Shown here piece by piece: positions 22,401-33,715 of a DNA stretch of 64,000 nucleotides. Each line of letters starts with the position of its first letter. Positions within the stretch are counted from its first letter, which is position 1. Position numbers and translations under genes: made by a program. Source of the stretch: Macrostomum hystrix (Eukaryota > Animalia > Platyhelminthes). Location of the stretch: NCBI GenBank assembly GCA_950097015.1, contig CATNEN010000025.1:7130001-7194000 (forward strand), read 5' to 3'. The notes under the pieces were generated by a model. The model was not told the origin of the DNA, did no database searches, and was given only the letters and a program-made list of their open reading frames with translations.

Positions 22401-25400
22401 ACTCTGATATCTCCCATTTTAAAAGTACTTTTCGTCACCTCACTGAATCTGGTGGTCAAAAGAAGCTGAAAACTCAGATCTGGAAGGAAACATTATCTGT
22501 GAACACGGCTGTAAAATTTCAGAGCCCTGACTAGTCGCGTCTCGGAGTTGTAGACCCTCGAGTCCCCCCCACTCTGATATCTCCCATTTTAAAAGTACTT
22601 TTCGTCACCTCACTGAATCTGGTGGTCAGACGAGGCTGAAAACTCAGATCTGGAAGGAAACATTATCTGTGAACACGGCTGTAAAATTTCAGAGCCCTGA
22701 CTAGTCGCGTCTCGGAGTTGTAGACCCTCGAGTCCCCCCCACTCTGATATCTCCCATTTTAAAAGTACTTTTCGTCACCTCACTGAATCTGGTGGTCAGA
22801 CGAGGCTGAAAACTCAGATCTAGAAGGAAACATTATCTGTGAACACGGCTGTAAAATTTCAGAGCCCTGACTAGTCGCGTCTCGGAGTTGTAGACCCTCG
22901 AGTCCCCCCCACTCTGATATCTCCCATTTTAAAAGTACTTTTCGTCACCTCACTGAATCTGGTGGTCAGACGAGGCTGAAAACTCAGATCTGGAAGGAAA
23001 CATTATCTGTGAACACGGCTGTAAAATTTCAGAGCCCTGACTAGTCGCGTCTCGGAGTTGTAGACCCTCGAGTCCCCCCCACTCTGATATCTCCCATTTT
23101 AAAAGTACTTTTCGTCACCTCACTGAATCTGGTGGTCAAAAGAAGCTGAAAACTCAGATCTGGAAGGAAACATTATCTGTGAACACGGCTGTAAAATTTC
23201 AGAGCCCTGACTAGTCGCGTCTCGGAGTTGTAGACCCTCGAGTCCCCCCCACTCTGATATCTCCCATTTTAAAAGTACTTTTCGTCACCTCACTGAATCT
23301 GGTGGTCAGACGAGGCTGAAAACTCAGATCTGGAAGGAAACATTATCTGTGAACACGGCTGTAAAATTTCAGAGCCCTGACTAGTCGCGTCTCGGAGTTG
23401 TAGACCCTCGAGTCCCCCCCACTCTGATATCTCCCATTTTAAAAGTACTTTTCGTCACCTCACTGAATCTGGTGGTCAGACGAGGCTGAAAACTCAGATC
23501 TGGAAGGAAACATTATCTGTGAACACGGCTGTAAAATTTCAGAGCCCTGACTAGTCGCGTCTCGGAGTTGTAGACCCTCGAGTCCCCCCCACTCTGATAT
23601 CTCCCATTTTAAAAGTACTTTTCGTCACCTCACTGAATCTGGTGGTCAGACGAGGCTGAAAACTCAGATCTAGAAGGAAACATTATCTGTGAACACGGCT
23701 GTAAAATTTCAGAGCCCTGACTAGTCGCGTCTCGGAGTTGTAGACCCTCGAGTCCCCCCCACTCTGATATCTCCCATTTTAAAAGTACTTTTCGTCACCT
23801 CACTGAATCTGGTGGTCAGACGAGGCTGAAAACTCAGATCTGGAAGGAAACATTATCTGTGAACACGGCTGTAAAATTTCAGAGCCCTGACTAGTCGCGT
23901 CTCGGAGTTGTAGACCCTCGAGTCCCCCCCACTCTGATATCTCCCATTTTAAACGTACTTTTCGTCACCTCACTGAATCTGGTGGTCAAAAGAAGCTGAA
24001 AACTCAGATCTAGAAGGAAACATTATCTGTGAACACGGCTGTAAAATTTCAGAGCCCTGACTAGTCGCGTCTCGGAGTTGTAGACCCTCGAGTCCCCCCC
24101 ACTCTGATATCTCCCATTTTAAAAGTACTTTTCGTCACCTCACTGAATCTGGTGATCAGACGAGGCTGAAAACTCAGATCTGGAAGGAAACATTATCTGT
24201 GAACACGGCTGTAAAATTTCAGAGCCCTGACTAGTCGCGTCTCGGAGTTGTAGACCCTCGAGTCCCCCCCACTCTGATATCTCCCATTTTAAAAGTACTT
24301 TTCGTCACCTCACTGAATCTGGTGGTCAGACGATGCTGAAAACTCAGATCTAGAAGGAAACATTATCTGTGAACACGGCTGTAAAATTTCAGAGCCCTGA
24401 CTAGTCGCGTCTCGGAGTTGTAGACCCTCGAGTCCCCCCCACTCTGATATCTCCCATTTTCAAAGTACTTTTCGTCACCTCACTGAATCTGGTGGTCAGA
24501 CGATGCTGAAAACTCAGATCTAGAAGGAAACATTATCTGTGAACACGGCTGTAAAATTTCAGAGCCCTGACTAGTCGCGTCTCGGAGTTGTAGACCCTCG
24601 AGTCCCCCCCACTCTGATATCTCCCATTTTAAAAGTACTTTTCGTCACCTCACTGAATCTGGTGGTCAGACGAGGCTGAAAACTCAGATCTAGAAGGAAA
24701 CATTATCTGTGAACACGGCTGTATAATTTCAGAGCCCTGACTAGTCGCGTCTCGGAGTTGTAGACCCTCGAGTCCCCCCCACTCTGATATCTCCCATTTT
24801 AAAAGTACTTTTCGTCACCTCACTGAATCTGGTGGTCAAAAGAAGCTGAAAACTCAGATCTGGAAGGAAACATTATCTGTGAACACGGCTGTAAAATTTC
24901 AGAGCCCTGACTAGTCGCGTCTCGGAGTTGTAGACCCTCGAGTCCCCCCCACTCTGATATCTCCCATTTTAAAAGTACTTTTCGTCACCTCACTGAATCT
25001 GGTGGTCAAAAGAAGCTGAAAACTCAGATCTGGAAGGAAACATTATCTGTGAACACGGCTGTAAAATTTCAGAGCCCTGACTAGTCGCGTCTCGGAGTTG
25101 TAGACCCTCGAGTCCCCCCCACTCTGATATCTCCCATTTTAAAAGTACTTTTCGTCACCTCACTGAATCTGGTGGTCAAAAGAAGCTGAAAACTCAGATC
25201 TGGAAGGAAACATTATCTGTGAACACGGCTGTAAAATTTCAGAGCCCTGACTAGTCGCGTCTCGGAGTTGTAGACCCTCGAGTCCCCCCCACTCTGATAT
25301 CTCCCATTTTAAAAGTACTTTTCGTCACCTCACTGAATCTGGTGGTCAGACGAGGCTGAAAACTCAGATCTGGAAGGAAACATTATCTGTGAACACGGCT

Positions 25401-27912
25401 GTAAAATTTCAGAGCCCTGACTAGTCGCGTCTCGGAGTTGTAGACCCTCGAGTCCCCCCCACTCTGATATCTCCCATTTTAAAAGTACTTTTCGTCACCT
25501 CACTGAATCTGGTGGTCAGACGAGGCTGAAAACTCAGATCTGGAAGGAAACATTATCTGTGAACACGGCTGTAAAATTTCAGAGCCCTGACTAGTCGCGT
25601 CTCGGAGTTGTAGACCCTCGAGTCCCCCCCACTCTGATATCTCCCATTTTAAAAGTACTTTTCGTCACCTCACTGAATCTGGTGGTCAAAAGAAGCTGAA
25701 AACTCAGATCTGGAAGGAAACATTTTCTGTGAACACGGCTGTAAAATTTCAGAGCCCTGACTAGTCGCGTCTCGGAGTTGTAGACCCTCGAGTCCCCCCC
25801 ACTCTGATATCTCCCATTTTAAAAGTACTTTTCGTCACCTCACTGAATCTGGTGGTCAAAAGAAGCTGAAAACTCAGATCTGGAAGGAAACATTATCTGT
25901 GAACACGGCTGTAAAATTTCAGAGCCCTGACTAGTCGCGTCTCGGAGTTGTAGACCCTCGAGTCCCCCCCACTCTGATATCTCCCATTTTAAAAGTACTT
26001 TTCGTCACCTCACTGAATCTGGTGGTCAGACGAGGCTGAAAACTCAGATCTGGAAGGAAACATTATCTGTGAACACGGCTGTAAAATTTCAGAGCCCTGA
26101 CTAGTCGCGTCTCGGAGTTGTAGACCCTCGAGTCCCCCCCACTCTGATATCTCCCATTTTAAAAGTACTTTTCGTCACCTCACTGAATCTGGTGGTCAGA
26201 CGAGGCTGAAAACTCAGATCTGGAAGGAAACATTATCTGTGAACACGGCTGTAAAATTTCAGAGCCCTGACTAGTCGCGTCTCGGAGTTGTAGACCCTCG
26301 AGTCCCCCCCACTCTGATATCTCCCATTTTAAAAGTACTTTTCGTCACCTCACTGAATCTGGTGGTCAAAAGAAGCTGAAAACTCAGATCTGGAAGGAAA
26401 CATTATCTGTGAACACGGCTGTAAAATTTCAGAGCCCTGACTAGTCGCGTCTCGGAGTTGTAGACCCTCGAGTCCCCCCCACTCTGATATCTCCCATTTT
26501 AAAAGTACTTTTCGTCACCTCACTGAATCTGGTGGTCAGACGAGGCTGAAAACTCAGATCTAGAAGGAAACATTATCTGTGAACACGGCTGTAAAATTTC
26601 AGAGCCCTGACTAGTCGCGTCTCGGAGTTGTAGACCCTCGAGTCCCCCCACTCTGATATCTCCCATTTTAAAAGTACTTTTCGTCACCTCACTGAATCTG
26701 GTGGTCAGACGAGGCTGAAAACTCAGATCTGGAAGGAAACATTATCTGTGAACACGGCTGTAAAATTTCAGAGCCCTGACTAGTCGCGTCTCGGAGTTGT
26801 AGACCCTCGAGTCCCCCCCACTCTGATATCTCCCATTTTAAAAGTACTTTTCGTCACCTCACTGAATCTGGTGGTCAAAAGAAGCTGAAAACTCAGATCT
26901 GGAAGGAAACATTATCTGTGAACACGGCTGTAAAATTTCAGAGCCCTGACTAGTCGCGTCTCGGAGTTGTAGACCCTCGAGTCCCCCCCACTCTGATATC
27001 TCCCATTTTAAAAGTACTTTTCGTCACCTCACTGAATCTGGTGGTCAGACGAGGCTGAAAACTCAGATCTAGAAGGAAACATTATCTGTGAACACGGCTG
27101 TAAAATTTCAGAGCCCTGACTAGTCGCGTCTCGGAGTTGTAGACCCTCGAGTCCCCCCCACTCTGATATCTCCCATTTTAAAAGTACTTTTCGTCACCTC
27201 ACTGAATCTGGTGGTCAGACGAGGCTGAAAACTCAGATCTGGAAGGAAACATTATCTGTGAACACGGCTGTAAAATTTCAGAGCCCTGACTAGTCGCGTC
27301 TCGGAGTTGTAGACCCTCGAGTCCCCCCCACTCTGATATCTCCCATTTTAAACGTACTTTTCGTCACCTCACTGAATCTGGTGGTCAAAAGAAGCTGAAA
27401 ACTCAGATCTAGAAGGAAACATTATCTGTGAACACGGCTGTAAAATTTCAGAGCCCTGACTAGTCGCGTCTCGGAGTTGTAGACCCTCGAGTCCCCCCCA
27501 CTCTGATATCTCCCATTTTAAAAGTACTTTTCGTCACCTCACTGAATCTGGTGGTCAAAAGAAGCTGAAAACTCAGATCTGGAAGGAAACATTATCTGTG
27601 AACACGGCTGTAAAATTTCAGAGCCCTGACTAGTCGCGTCTCGGAGTTGTAGACCCTCGAGTCCCCCCCACTCTGATATCTCCCATTTTAAAAGTACTTT
27701 TCGTCACCTCACTGAATCTGGTGGTCAAAAGAAGCTGAAAAAACAGATCTGGAAGGAAACATTATCTGTGAACACGGCTGTAAAATTTCAGAGCCCTGAC
27801 TAGTCGCGTCTCGGAGTTGTAGACCCTCGAGTCCCCCCCACTCTGATATCTCCCATTTTCAAAGTACTTTTCGTCACCTCACTGAATCTGGTGGTCAAAA
27901 GAAGCTGAAAAA
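19422..27912 (+). repeat. Left arm: 170-bp tandem array, ~50 copies
   Basis: GAACACGGCT recurs at 19441, 19611, 19781 and onward, giving a period of 170. Confidence 0.98.
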
Positions 27913-28371
27913 TGAGGTTTCGAAGGAGCAATTGTTTTTGTAGTCTGTATTTTTTGTAATTTTTTCGTTTTATTTTACTGAATATAATTTAAGATTTGCT
28001 TTTGGCATATTTTTCGTGAGCCCTCCTCTTTTTGAAACCAGGCTTGGGACTGGCTAAGGCAGAGTTTTTCACAAAGTCTTTAATATATTTTTAGTTCGGA
28101 TTTTAGAAGATTTTTGTTTATTTTTTAAGGTTTTTGTTCGTATTAGTGTTTCTGTGTCACACAAAGGCCACTATTTTACATATGTCTTACAATATTTTGC
28201 AGCTTAGATTATTCACAGTTTTACATTGCAAAGCGGTGCTATAATTGTTTACAGAATTGACTTGTTGTTATAACAAAAGCTACAGAATTGACATTTTATT
28301 TTTAAGCAAGTAGCTTTTAGTAATTAGTGTGAGTACATTTTTTCGCTGCACTTCTTGGTGCATCCATCCAG

Positions 28372-31300
28372 CTATCGCTTTGCTGCGTACTCGGCACAGC
28401 AGCAGACGTAGCCTTTGGACGCGTGGCGCTGGTGCATATCTTTCGATGCACACTCATGGTGCAGCCATGAATCACAAAGATCACATTGCAGCCAAGTTCC
28501 AGTCGCACTGGGTTCAGCTTCATGACAGCGAACGCACGAGTTGGTGGATTCTTCATTTTCTCTTTCCAAGTCTTTCCAGATGCAGATTCGAGCTCTGTTA
28601 AGAAATCCCTCCGTTGTTGGACAGCACAAAGCTCGGAACTCGGTATCAACGGATGTTACTAGAACTTTCGCGTACAGACAGACAAATACACCACAGCTAT
28701 GACCATCAGACTGCAATGATCTCAACATTGATTTATTTTTATACGTACCTAAAATTTCTGGCATGTCTTCGCGAATACTGGTGGTGCTTTTGATTAGGTT
28801 TTGCCATAGTTTTATAAAATGTTTTGGTATCGACTTATCTGCGATAGGTTTTGTGTCTAGGACAGCTAGTTCTTTGTGTGTTGTGTCAATATAGACTAAG
28901 TAGAAGTGGTCGTTCTGAAGAATCGGACAGATTAAACGGGTGCATTTGTTTGAAACTGTCGCTCTTAGCATGTCAATCGCAGCGCTCGAATCTCCTTTGC
29001 GAATGCAGCTAAAGAAGCTGGATGGTAGGTGGCCCGCTTTGCTGCTTGGGTTGCATACGCAAAGTAGATGTATGAATGAATTTACTATTCCGACAGAAAG
29101 CCACTTTCCGGGTTCCAATGATTCTCTATCAAACTCAGTTAGGAAGTCTCCAGCGCGGGTGCACCACACCTGTTCCCGTTCTGCTGTGCCTTGCTGCTTT
29201 CTATTCTTTGTCGCTGATTCTGTTCTCTGTCGCTTGTACTTTGAACGACTAACCCGCTCGGCCCTTCGCCACTCCTCGCGAGAAAAGGAAATATCTTCGT
29301 GCTTTCTCTTCCTTCCAGATAACGTTGCTTTCCCTACTTTGTTGATTATGTCGAAAGCTGTTAATCTTGTTTTTAAATATTTTAACCGTCCGCAAATAAA
29401 ACTCGACACGTTCACCCTGGAAGCCTTGCCGAACCTTGTTTTTCGAGATTTAACGTCTGAAAAGTACGATTCTACGTAAGAGTTTGAAAACCAACTTTTA
29501 TTCTTTCTGAAGCTCTTGATACTCCCGATGAAATGGCAGAACAATGGAGCTAAACTACACCAGTGCTTCAGCAAGTAAACCAGCAGTTTTGGTGAGTAAT
29601 AGCTTTTAAATGGCCCGGCTGGCTCGTCGGTTGCATCAATACTTGCCTGTCGGGACTTGAAAAGAAAAATGTACGGAGAGCTTTCGCGCAGAGAAGCAAA
29701 TCGAGAACTTTCGGCCTGCTCTTCCTTATCGTTATTTATTTCATCGTCGTTGTAGAGCGAATATTCTTCGTCCACGGGCTCAGTTTCCCAATTGTTAATC
29801 GCTGATCTTAATTCTTTCGGATCTCGCTGCCCTAAAAATGTATCTACAGTGAGACTCAAGGTAGTTTCAAACGCTTCAAAAGTCTCCTGATGTAATAAAA
29901 AGACAAATGCGCTAATAAATAATTCCCGCATAGCTTTACCTTCCGCAGTTTTAGACTTTAGTTGTATGCCATTAATGAACGCACGGATTACGTGATTTGT
30001 GCAAATGAATGGAATCGTGTACTTGATTTGTTTCCCCATGCGTAACGCACAATGCGTATCAATAAGGTATTGTTCTAAGCTGGTGCCAAATGACTGGCAT
30101 ACCGAATGTAACATAGCCCAAGAGAAGTCCGTGACAATGACAGCGGGTAAATAGTCATGCGACATAATAGTACTGCTTGCTAGTGTGCCCAAATCTGCGC
30201 GGACAGAAAACAAAAAGTGTTGGATTGATTTGGTCCTATGCTCACTTGTTATCATTTCGGCCACAGGCACACCACGCGTCTGACCGTTATCGGAGGGCAT
30301 TGTCAGCGAGTAAAGAAATATTTGGCTACCTGCGAAATTCATTCTCTTGAAAATGCTTCCAGTGGCATCTAGATGTAAAACACACTGCGGCCTACTTGTA
30401 ACAAGTCTAAGCTGTCTTTCGAGGTACAGATGTACATGAAATGGATGGCGAGACACAGCTTGAATGTATCCGCGTATACTCTTACTCTCTGTGTCTGTTT
30501 CGCTCAGTATTCGTTGCAAAGCAGCAATTTCGACTTCAACATTTTTATGCAGCCGTTCTTCTGCGGCAACCAACCGCTTCGCGTTTACCCGCCGAATGGC
30601 ATCCAATTTTTTTGATCGAGAAAAGTCATTTTCCTTTATCTCTTTATCTGTCATTTCCGAGAGTAGTCTATCATGTACATCAGTTGGTGCTTCAGTTTCA
30701 AGTAGTTTTACTATCCTTTCTGATTCTAATGGCGTCATTCTAGACATCGTTGGATGATTATGATTCTTCTCACCTTTAGAATTAACAACTACCTCCACAG
30801 GCTCATTTTCAGTTGGGAAATCTATAATTCTAAAATCGTGTACTATTTTGCATGCGGGATGCTGGCATAATGCGACCTGTTTTACGAAATATTTTGGCTT
30901 TTGTGCTCTGAGATTTGGAAAGTTCAGATATCGATTCTTAAATTTAAGAACACAGTTACTTGCTTCCACATTCGAAGAGCAATATTGTCGATAATTTTCA
31001 CGAATGCAGTTTAGCCACCAAAAAGCGGTTCTCTGACATAGCGAATGCATTTTTTCTCCCCGCCTGATAAAAAAGTTATTTTTCCACTGGCTCCAAGCTA
31101 TTCGAAAATGAAAAACTAAATTAATTATTGATCCGCTTGCACCACTCTCGAAATCAACAGCAACTTCAGCATTAGTACAGTCCCTTACTTCTGAATCGTC
31201 ACTCCCAGCATCATCTCTGGCAGCATTATTACTCCCAGAAACACTCATATCATCACTCCCAACATCATCACTCCCAACATCATCACTCCCAGCATCATCA

Positions 31301-33612
31301 CTCCCAGCATCATCACTCCCAGCATCATCACTCCCAGCATCATCACTCCAACCATCATCACTCCCAGCATCCTCACTCCCAGCATCATCACTCCCAGCAT
31401 CACCACTCCTAAAATCACTCATATCATCATCACAAGCGTCATCACTTCCATGAGCAGGCCCCACATAAGCAGCAACAGCACGACGGGCAGGCACAACAGA
31501 AGCAGCAACAGCACGACGGGCAGGCACAACAGAAGCAGCAACAGCACGACGAGCAGGCAAAACAGAAGCAGCAACAGCACGACGGGCAGGCACAACAGAA
31601 GCAGCAACAGCACCACGGGCAGGCACAACAGAAACAGCAACAGAACGACGAGCAGACAAAACAGAAACAGCAACAGAACGACGAGCAGGCACAACAGAAG
31701 CAGCAACAGCACGACGAGCAGGCACAACAGAAGCAGCAACAGCACCCCGGGCAGGCACAACAGAAGCAGCAACAGCACGACGAGCAGGCACAACAGAAGC
31801 AGCAACAGCACCACGGGCAGGCACAACAGAAACAGCAACAGAACGACGAGCAGGCAAAACAGAAGCAGCAACAGCACGACGGGCAGGCAAAACAGAAACA
31901 GCAACAGAACGACGAGCAGGCACAACAGAAGCAGCAACAGCACGACGAGCAGGCACAACAGAAGCAGCAACAGCACCCCGGGCAGGCACAACAGAAGCAG
32001 CAACAGCACGACGAGCAGGCAAAACAGAAGCAGCAACAGCACGACGGGCAGGCACAACAGAAGCAGCAACAGCACCACGGGCAGGCACAACAGAAACAGC
32101 AACAGAACGACGAGCAGGCACAACAGAAGCAGCAACAGCACCCCGGGCAGGCACAACAGAAGCAGCAACAGCACGACGAGCAGGCACAACAGAAGCAGCA
32201 ACAGCACGACGAGCAGGCACAACAGAAGCAGCAACAGCACCCCGGGCAGGCACAACAGAAGCAGCAACAGCACGAAGAGCAGGCAAAACAGAAGCAGCAA
32301 CAGCACGACGAGCAGGCAAAACAGAAGCAGCAACAGCACGAAGAGCAGGCAAAACAGAAGCAGCAACAGCACCCCGGGCAGGCACAACAGAAGCAGCAAC
32401 AGCACGAAGAGCAGGCAAAACAGAAGCAGCAACAGCACCCCGGGCAGGCACAACAGAAGCAGCAACAGCACGAAGAGCAGGCACAACAGAAGCAGCAACA
32501 GCACGACGAGCAGGCACAACAGAAGCAGCAACAGCACGAAGAGCAGGCAAAACAGAAGCAGCAACAGCACGACGAGCAGGCACAACAGAAGCAGCAACAG
32601 CACGAAGAGCAGGCACAACAGAAGCAGCAACAGCACCCCGGGCAGGCACAACAGAAGCAGCAACAGCACGACGAGCAGGCACAACAGAAGCAGCAACAGC
32701 ACCACGGGCAGGCACAACAGAAACAGCAACAGAACGACGAGCAGGCAAAACAGAAGCAGCAACAGCACGACGGGCAGGCAAAACAGAAACAGCAACAGAA
32801 CGACGAGCAGGCACAACAGAAGCAGCAACAGCACGACGAGCAGGCACAACAGAAGCAGCAACAGCACCCCGGGCAGGCACAACAGAAGCAGCAACAGCAC
32901 GACGAGCAGGCAAAACAGAAGCAGCAACAGCACGACGGGCAGGCACAACAGAAGCAGCAACAGCACCACGGGCAGGCACAACAGAAACAGCAACAGAACG
33001 ACGAGCAGGCACAACAGAAGCAGCAACAGCACCCCGGGCAGGCACAACAGAAGCAGCAACAGCACGACGAGCAGGCACAACAGAAGCAGCAACAGCACGA
33101 CGAGCAGGCACAACAGAAGCAGCAACAGCACCCCGGGCAGGCACAACAGAAGCAGCAACAGCACGAAGAGCAGGCAAAACAGAAGCAGCAACAGCACGAC
33201 GAGCAGGCAAAACAGAAGCAGCAACAGCACGAAGAGCAGGCAAAACAGAAGCAGCAACAGCACCCCGGGCAGGCACAACAGAAGCAGCAACAGCACGAAG
33301 AGCAGGCAAAACAGAAGCAGCAACAGCACCCCGGGCAGGCACAACAGAAGCAGCAACAGCACGAAGAGCAGGCACAACAGAAGCAGCAACAGCACGACGA
33401 GCAGGCACAACAGAAGCAGCAACAGCACGAAGAGCAGGCAAAACAGAAGCAGCAACAGCACGACGAGCAGGCACAACAGAAGCAGCAACAGCACGAAGAG
33501 CAGGCACAACAGAAGCAGCAACAGCACGAAGAGCAGGCAAAACAGAAGCAGCAACAGCACGAAGAGCAGGCAAAACAGAAGCAGCAACAGCACGACGAGC
33601 AGGCACAACAGA
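28372..33612 (-). CDS. MULE/NOF-like DDE transposase fused to Ulp1 (C48) protease and PHD finger; 3' part of an ORF interrupted by a LINE
   Basis: Motifs: CQHPAC...HNH Zn motif, HLDATGS (D, 30367-30369), IVTDFSWA (D, 30127-30129), CTNH (CxxH), SNSYVESYF (E, 29470-29472). Ulp1: LEPGKWL..IVN, HFYLVYID, VLD, QSDGHSCG. PHD: CVRC...WLQCDLCDSWLHHEC...CCC. No internal stop codons. Confidence 0.9.
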   Translation of the reverse strand, partial: SVVPARRAVAASVLPALRAVAASVLPALRAVAASVVPALRAVAASVVPARRAVAASVLPALRAVAASVVPARRAVAASVVPALRAVAASVVPARGAVAASVLPALRAVAASVVPARGAVAASVLPALRAVAASVLPARRAVAASVLPALRAVAASVVPARGAVAASVVPARRAVAASVVPARRAVAASVVPARGAVAASVVPARRSVAVSVVPARGAVAASVVPARRAVAASVLPARRAVAASVVPARGAVAASVVPARRAVAASVVPARRSVAVSVLPARRAVAASVLPARRSVAVSVVPARGAVAASVVPARRAVAASVVPARGAVAASVVPALRAVAASVVPARRAVAASVLPALRAVAASVVPARRAVAASVVPALRAVAASVVPARGAVAASVLPALRAVAASVVPARGAVAASVLPALRAVAASVLPARRAVAASVLPALRAVAASVVPARGAVAASVVPARRAVAASVVPARRAVAASVVPARGAVAASVVPARRSVAVSVVPARGAVAASVVPARRAVAASVLPARRAVAASVVPARGAVAASVVPARRAVAASVVPARRSVAVSVLPARRAVAASVLPARRSVAVSVVPARGAVAASVVPARRAVAASVVPARGAVAASVVPARRAVAASVVPARRSVAVSVLSARRSVAVSVVPARGAVAASVVPARRAVAASVLPARRAVAASVVPARRAVAASVVPARRAVAAYVGPAHGSDDACDDDMSDFRSGDAGSDDAGSEDAGSDDGWSDDAGSDDAGSDDAGSDDAGSDDVGSDDVGSDDMSVSGSNNAARDDAGSDDSEVRDCTNAEVAVDFESGASGSIINLVFHFRIAWSQWKNNFFIRRGEKMHSLCQRTAFWWLNCIRENYRQYCSSNVEASNCVLKFKNRYLNFPNLRAQKPKYFVKQVALCQHPACKIVHDFRIIDFPTENEPVEVVVNSKGEKNHNHPTMSRMTPLESERIVKLLETEAPTDVHDRLLSEMTDKEIKENDFSRSKKLDAIRRVNAKRLVAAEERLHKNVEVEIAALQRILSETDTESKSIRGYIQAVSRHPFHVHLYLERQLRLVTSRPQCVLHLDATGSIFKRMNFAGSQIFLYSLTMPSDNGQTRGVPVAEMITSEHRTKSIQHFLFSVRADLGTLASSTIMSHDYLPAVIVTDFSWAMLHSVCQSFGTSLEQYLIDTHCALRMGKQIKYTIPFICTNHVIRAFINGIQLKSKTAEGKAMRELFISAFVFLLHQETFEAFETTLSLTVDTFLGQRDPKELRSAINNWETEPVDEEYSLYNDDEINNDKEEQAESSRFASLRESSPYIFLFKSRQASIDATDEPAGPFKSYYSPKLLVYLLKHWCSLAPLFCHFIGSIKSFRKNKSWFSNSYVESYFSDVKSRKTRFGKASRVNVSSFICGRLKYLKTRLTAFDIINKVGKATLSGRKRKHEDISFSREEWRRAERVSRSKYKRQRTESATKNRKQQGTAEREQVWCTRAGDFLTEFDRESLEPGKWLSVGIVNSFIHLLCVCNPSSKAGHLPSSFFSCIRKGDSSAAIDMLRATVSNKCTRLICPILQNDHFYLVYIDTTHKELAVLDTKPIADKSIPKHFIKLWQNLIKSTTSIREDMPEILGTYKNKSMLRSLQSDGHSCGVFVCLYAKVLVTSVDTEFRALCCPTTEGFLNRARICIWKDLERENEESTNSCVRCHEAEPSATGTWLQCDLCDSWLHHECASKDMHQRHASKGYVCCCAEYAAKR
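31195..31445. repeat. 15-bp repeat encoding an acidic (DDAGS)n tract in the transposase ORF
   Basis: (CATCATCACTCCCAG)n is directly visible. Confidence 0.9.
31466..33612. repeat. 33-bp minisatellite inside the transposase ORF (11-aa RAVAASVVPAR unit), left of the LINE
   Basis: Unit GCAGGCACAACAGAAGCAGCAACAGCACGACGA, with an 891-bp higher-order duplication (31810 vs 32701). Confidence 0.97.
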
Positions 33613-33715
33613 GGGCCCCTACCGGGGAGCGTCCAGCCACCGACTGGCCGCTGGCAATGGGACCGCGTTCACGCCGCGCCCCCGAACGTCCTCTAAAGGA
33701 CGACGAAGTGTCCCG
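33613..33715 (+). ncRNA. HDV/CPEB3-like self-cleaving ribozyme (predicted) at the LINE 5' end
   Basis: P2 GGGAC(33659-63)/GTCCC(33710-14); P3 GCG/CGC around L3 TTCACGC (33668-74); P1' GCCCCC; P1.1 TC/GA; P4 CGTCC/GGACG; J4/2 CGAA with C33704. The core GCGTTCACGCCGC is nearly identical to CPEB3 GCGUUCACGUCGC. The 5' strand of P1 is imperfect. Confidence 0.7.

Noticed and set aside
19422-27912. 170-bp array (and 24-29-bp arrays elsewhere) as CRISPR-like
   Set aside because: Units are contiguous with no unique spacers, there are no cas genes, and the context is eukaryotic with spliced genes.
31419-33696. Cys-rich (732 aa), Leu-rich (729 aa) and Ser/Arg/Asn-rich (748 aa) ORFs
   Set aside because: These are alternative frames of the stop-free 33-bp minisatellite. 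Only the frame continuous with the transposase has support.
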